NCBI GenBank assembly: GCA_937981455.1
Contig: CALJNV010000128.1
Coordinates: 1 to 39,179 of the forward strand
DNA: 39,179 nucleotides
Source of the DNA: an uncultured Bacteroidales bacterium
GTDB lineage: Bacteria; Bacteroidota; Bacteroidia; Bacteroidales; TTA-H9
Reading direction: 5' to 3'
Below the pieces are notes generated by a model, which saw only the letters and a program-made list of their open reading frames with translations, made no database searches and had not been told where the DNA came from. The position numbers were made by a program, and so were the translations under genes. Below are positions 35,903 to 39,179 of the stretch, piece after piece; position 1 is the first letter of the stretch, and each line of letters begins with the position of its first letter.

Positions 35903-36770
35903 GCTAAAACTCCTTTCTTGCCACTGAGCTTTTTTTATTACGTATTGTGAACCTTTTAAAAAACTCCAAACGTGTTTCATAAGTGCGCCTTCCATTAACG
36001 GTATTTTCTTTTAAATGTTTCTTTGCTCAATGTCCGTGTGGGAAAACTTGCATAGGGTTGATCATTTTTTAAAATAAGATTTTGATTTCCGCTTCGAATG
36101 CCTCCTCTTGGATCAGCACTCAAATACATTATCGTAAAAAGATGTTTGCACAGATCGGCTCCAGGGGTGTTTTTAATTTTTATCCCATTATTCCCAGGAT
36201 TATGAAAATGAATACATTCTGCTCACCCTGCGTGAATTCAATTGGTAGAGGAGCTTGGCCTCCAGGCATGGGTGTAATAATATCGAGGAGTAGGGTTTAA
36301 CGCAAGAGGCAAGTCACAGCGAGGATTTGATGAGTTCCCTTCGTTCCAGCCATCGCTTTTTATTGTAACTGAACTGCAGTAGGGCGAGCAAGTGAATTTA
36401 TGCGTGTGCCAAAAAACTTTATGCAGGCAGAGACAGCAGTGCCTCCTATATTCCTTGTTATGGTGAGACTTTTAACATCATTCCAGATTTTGGCATCCTA
36501 GGGAGAAATCTTTGTCATTAGGCCTTCAAGTGGAAAAAAGCATTCGATTGGGTTAAGAAACTAAAACTACTGGAGGGCTTTAGGGATTAAACATTAATGC
36601 CCAGACCTCATTTTGGTCCAAGGCCTCTATTGAATTTCAATGCTAAATGGGGCTTTGTAGCTTTGTAACCATGTGATAATAATTTAGAATGAAACAGAAC
36701 GCCTCATTTTCATAAAAATTCATAAGCAAGATGAATCGAAGGTAGGAGGAAGGATGGTTGAATTCTGCAA

Positions 36771-37712
36771 CTAATCAAACCGTTGAATACGAGTATGGCA
36801 ATAAGGCATACCGCCGGTTTTAAAGTAATAATTTTGATGGTAATTTTCTGCAGGCCAGAAAGTAGATGCTGGTAACAGTTCTGTTACCACTGTTAACCCC
36901 TTCTTTTTAAGAGTATCAATGAGATTTTGGGCTATTTTTCTTTGTTCTTCATTCAGATAAAATATAGCCGAACGATATTGCGTCCCAATATCGGGACCCT
37001 GCCGGTTGAGCTGAGTAGGATCATGTATTTCGAAGAAGAGTTTGGCCAGTTCCTCATAGGTTACCTGTTTGGGGTCGAATACAATTTTTATGGATTCGGC
37101 GTGTCCTGTTTGACCCGTACATACTTGTTCGTATGACGGATGCTCAATATTTCCCCCGGTGTAGCCTACGGTAGTTTTAAGAACCCCTTGGGTATTTTTG
37201 AAATAGTATTCAACGCCCCAGAAGCACCCCCCCGCAAAAATTGCAGTGTCTGCCTTGTTATTATTAGTATTTGTAGGTCTGAATTCAAGTGAAATGCTAT
37301 TTACACAGTGCCGTGTGTTTTTTGGGGTAAATCCTTCACCTAAAAATACGTGCCCCAAATGAGCCTCACACGAAGCACAAAGAATCTCAGTTCTGCATCC
37401 ATCGACATCGGGAACTCTTAGCACAGCACCTGGTACTTCTTCGTCGAAGCTGGGCCAGCCACAACCAGCATCAAACTTGGCGGTACTTTCGTAGAGCTTT
37501 GCCCCACATCGTTTACAATGGTAACTCCCTTGCTCCCAAAAATCATAGTATTTTCCAGTGTATGGACGTTCTGTACCTTTATATACAATAATGTATTCTT
37601 CTTCTGGACTTAAATTTTTGTAGTTGGGCATAGCTTGATGAGTTACAGTTTTTGAGGTGCAATGGGTAAAAAAAATTGGAATAATGAATTTTAACTTTGG
37701 ATCAATCAGCAT
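36771..37712 (-). CDS. msrAB: Bifunctional methionine sulfoxide reductase, MsrB domain followed by MsrA domain
   Basis: MsrB: CKRCGAKLY...CGWPSF...RHCVNS. MsrA: AIFAGGCFWGVEYYF...GYTGG. An alternative start at ATG 37631 (MPNYKNLSPEEE) would remove a 27-aa hydrophobic N-terminal extension. Confidence 0.88.
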   Translation of the reverse strand: MLIDPKLKFIIPIFFTHCTSKTVTHQAMPNYKNLSPEEEYIIVYKGTERPYTGKYYDFWEQGSYHCKRCGAKLYESTAKFDAGCGWPSFDEEVPGAVLRVPDVDGCRTEILCASCEAHLGHVFLGEGFTPKNTRHCVNSISLEFRPTNTNNNKADTAIFAGGCFWGVEYYFKNTQGVLKTTVGYTGGNIEHPSYEQVCTGQTGHAESIKIVFDPKQVTYEELAKLFFEIHDPTQLNRQGPDIGTQYRSAIFYLNEEQRKIAQNLIDTLKKKGLTVVTELLPASTFWPAENYHQNYYFKTGGMPYCHTRIQRFD

Positions 37713-37863
37713 ACTTACATTACAAAATTTATAATTTTTTGTTCAATCGTTATTTTTTGTTTTTTTTGGAATTAAAAACAATGGATTTGGGGGTTGAATG
37801 GTATTTAAATTATTAAAAAATTCAAAAAATAAACTAAAATTTGGTATAATTTTCCAAAAAAAG

Positions 37864-37871
37864 TATTTTTG
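37864..37871 (+). promoter_or_regulatory. -7 box TATTTTTG (beta-helix gene)
   Basis: Exact TAnnTTTG, 27 nt upstream of ATG 37899, within a very AT-rich divergent intergenic region. Confidence 0.4.
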
Positions 37872-37898
37872 TGTATTGATTTTTAAAAATAATCAGTC

Positions 37899-39179
37899 AT
37901 GAAAACATTCAAAGTAGTCTTATTATACATCATTTATTTCTTCGCATCTATTCAGGGTATGTGCTTTAACCCCAAGTATGTAATAGGCTTGCAAACTTCG
38001 TATATCGATTTTAAATCAGGTATTTTACCCAGCGGAAAAGTTTACAATATCGCTCCCAATAAAGATACAATCTGGCCGGGCGACACCATAGGAATTGCTG
38101 CCGGAGTAAGAACGACATATTTAAGAATAAAAAACCTGAAAGGTACAACTGCTTTGCCCATTACTCTGATAAATTATGGCGGAAGAGTGGTTATAACAAA
38201 CCTTAACTCTGGAGGAGACATGTCATTAAAGGCCTGCAAAAATATTATTCTCTCAGGGAGTGGCCATTCTGATTGGGAATTTGGCATCAAATTGGATAGT
38301 ACAAATATTGGAAACAATGGTCTTTCCCTCGATGAATTGACTACAGATGTAGAGGTTCATCATGTTGAAATTTGCCGGCAAGGTTTTGCGGGCATAATGG
38401 CCAAAACCGACCCCTCGTGTTCGCCTTCTACATGGCGCGAAAATTTTACCCTCAATAACTTGCATATACATCATTGTTATATTCATCACACACAGGGTGA
38501 AGGGATGTATATAGGTTACAGTGTTTACGGACCTGTTACCCGGTATTGCGGGGGGAGTCCTATCTCTGTGTATGCACACGAGGTTAAACACCTCAAAATC
38601 CATGATAATCGTATCGAGTGGACGGGCCTTGATGGCATGCAGATTGGCTGTGCTACTGAGGATGTTTGGGTATATAACAATTTTATAAGCAGAACCGGTC
38701 GCCTCGACAATAGCTATTCCAAAGGTTATGGAATGGAAGGCATATGTATTGGCGGAGGCAGTACGGGCTTTTACTTCAACAACCTAATCAGCGATACTTA
38801 CGGAAGCGGGTTCAATGTTTTTGGAAAAGAAAATGTTTATTTGCTTAATAATGTTATACTTAGACCCGGGCAAGCATCTCATTTCCCCTGGAATCAGCAT
38901 TTTGTATATGGTATTTTTGCTGACGACCGAACCACTACTCCAGGCGCTTCCTTTTATTATTTAAACAACACCATTGTGAATCCTCGTACATCCGGAATTA
39001 GAATTATGTCGACTCAAAGCCGTAAAAATCGTGTTTACAACAATATCGTTGTGGATCCCACCTCAAAACACATGTATGGAAATTATGGCAATAATTGGAT
39101 GCAATCATGTATTCAAATTGGTGCTGGTGTAAGTGCTATTGTTCAGGCAAATTATTTCGATACGACCTATTTTGCTTCT
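37899..39179 (+). CDS. Secreted right-handed parallel beta-helix repeat protein; C-terminus beyond the window edge
   Basis: Not in the ORF track (no stop in the window). Hand translation from ATG 37899 is open for 427 codons to the end: MKTFKVVLLYIIYFFASIQG (signal peptide) ... HHVEICRQGFAGIM ... LKIHDNRIEWTGLDGMQIG ... VYNNFISRTG ... FYFNNLISDTYGSGFNVFG ... YLLNNVILRPG ... YLNNTIVNPRTSGIRIMS ... VYNNIVVD. It has periodic N-N-x-I/V turns typical of pectate-lyase-fold proteins. Confidence 0.65.
   Translation, partial: MKTFKVVLLYIIYFFASIQGMCFNPKYVIGLQTSYIDFKSGILPSGKVYNIAPNKDTIWPGDTIGIAAGVRTTYLRIKNLKGTTALPITLINYGGRVVITNLNSGGDMSLKACKNIILSGSGHSDWEFGIKLDSTNIGNNGLSLDELTTDVEVHHVEICRQGFAGIMAKTDPSCSPSTWRENFTLNNLHIHHCYIHHTQGEGMYIGYSVYGPVTRYCGGSPISVYAHEVKHLKIHDNRIEWTGLDGMQIGCATEDVWVYNNFISRTGRLDNSYSKGYGMEGICIGGGSTGFYFNNLISDTYGSGFNVFGKENVYLLNNVILRPGQASHFPWNQHFVYGIFADDRTTTPGASFYYLNNTIVNPRTSGIRIMSTQSRKNRVYNNIVVDPTSKHMYGNYGNNWMQSCIQIGAGVSAIVQANYFDTTYFAS

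Noticed and set aside
36082-36300. 72-aa plus-strand ORF in the long gap
   Set aside because: It has no promoter box or recognisable motif and an odd composition. It overlaps a more protein-like stop-free stretch on the minus strand.
36327-36334. TTGATGAG resembling the CUGAUGAG core of a hammerhead ribozyme
   Set aside because: There is no downstream GAAA core and no stems I-III that could be drawn around it.
1-39179. Window-wide look for CRISPR repeats, tRNA T-loop (GGTTCGAATCC-like), rRNA, IS inverted repeats, integrase/transposase ORFs and abrupt composition shifts
   Set aside because: Nothing was found by eye. The only strongly AT-rich stretches are ordinary divergent promoter regions (e.g. 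37713-37898). A covariance-model or tRNAscan run would be needed to exclude small RNAs formally.

Overview
The window reads as a chromosomal, mostly housekeeping segment of a Bacteroidota genome. Supporting signs are exact TAnnTTTG -7 promoter boxes just upstream of many ATGs, a T9SS C-terminal sorting domain, DUF4290-murA synteny, fused SecDF and a split transketolase. I call 31 protein-coding genes, two of them truncated by the window edges and absent from the ORF track, plus one decayed pseudogene. I saw no rRNA, tRNA, CRISPR array, transposase, integrase or recognisable defence gene. Main blocks: (1) a tightly coupled 5-gene acyl-CoA carboxylase / hydratase / AtuA-like / acyl-CoA dehydrogenase operon (1475-8851, minus strand). 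(2) uvrD-like helicase, DUF4290-murA, grpE-dnaJ, an ABC-2 exporter pair, secDF, tatA, a PorE-like OmpA-family protein and purM (11667-27606, plus strand). (3) A putative light-sensing regulatory island (28661-33467): a CarH/LitR-type B12-binding MerR regulator, an orphan ECF sigma factor, a triple-repeat DUF4397 T9SS cargo protein and a DCC oxidoreductase. (4) Split transketolase, msrB-msrA fusion and a secreted beta-helix protein. The best candidate for undescribed biology is the CarH-like / ECF sigma pair. It carries both AdoB12 photoreceptor signature motifs, shares a 33-nt dyad-containing element at both promoters, and has no carotenoid or photolyase genes nearby. Two unusually long non-coding gaps (8852-9595 and 35903-36770) look like gene graveyards, and the first fits a frameshifted Crp/Fnr-type regulator. 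All family assignments come from motif recognition by eye; no database search was run.
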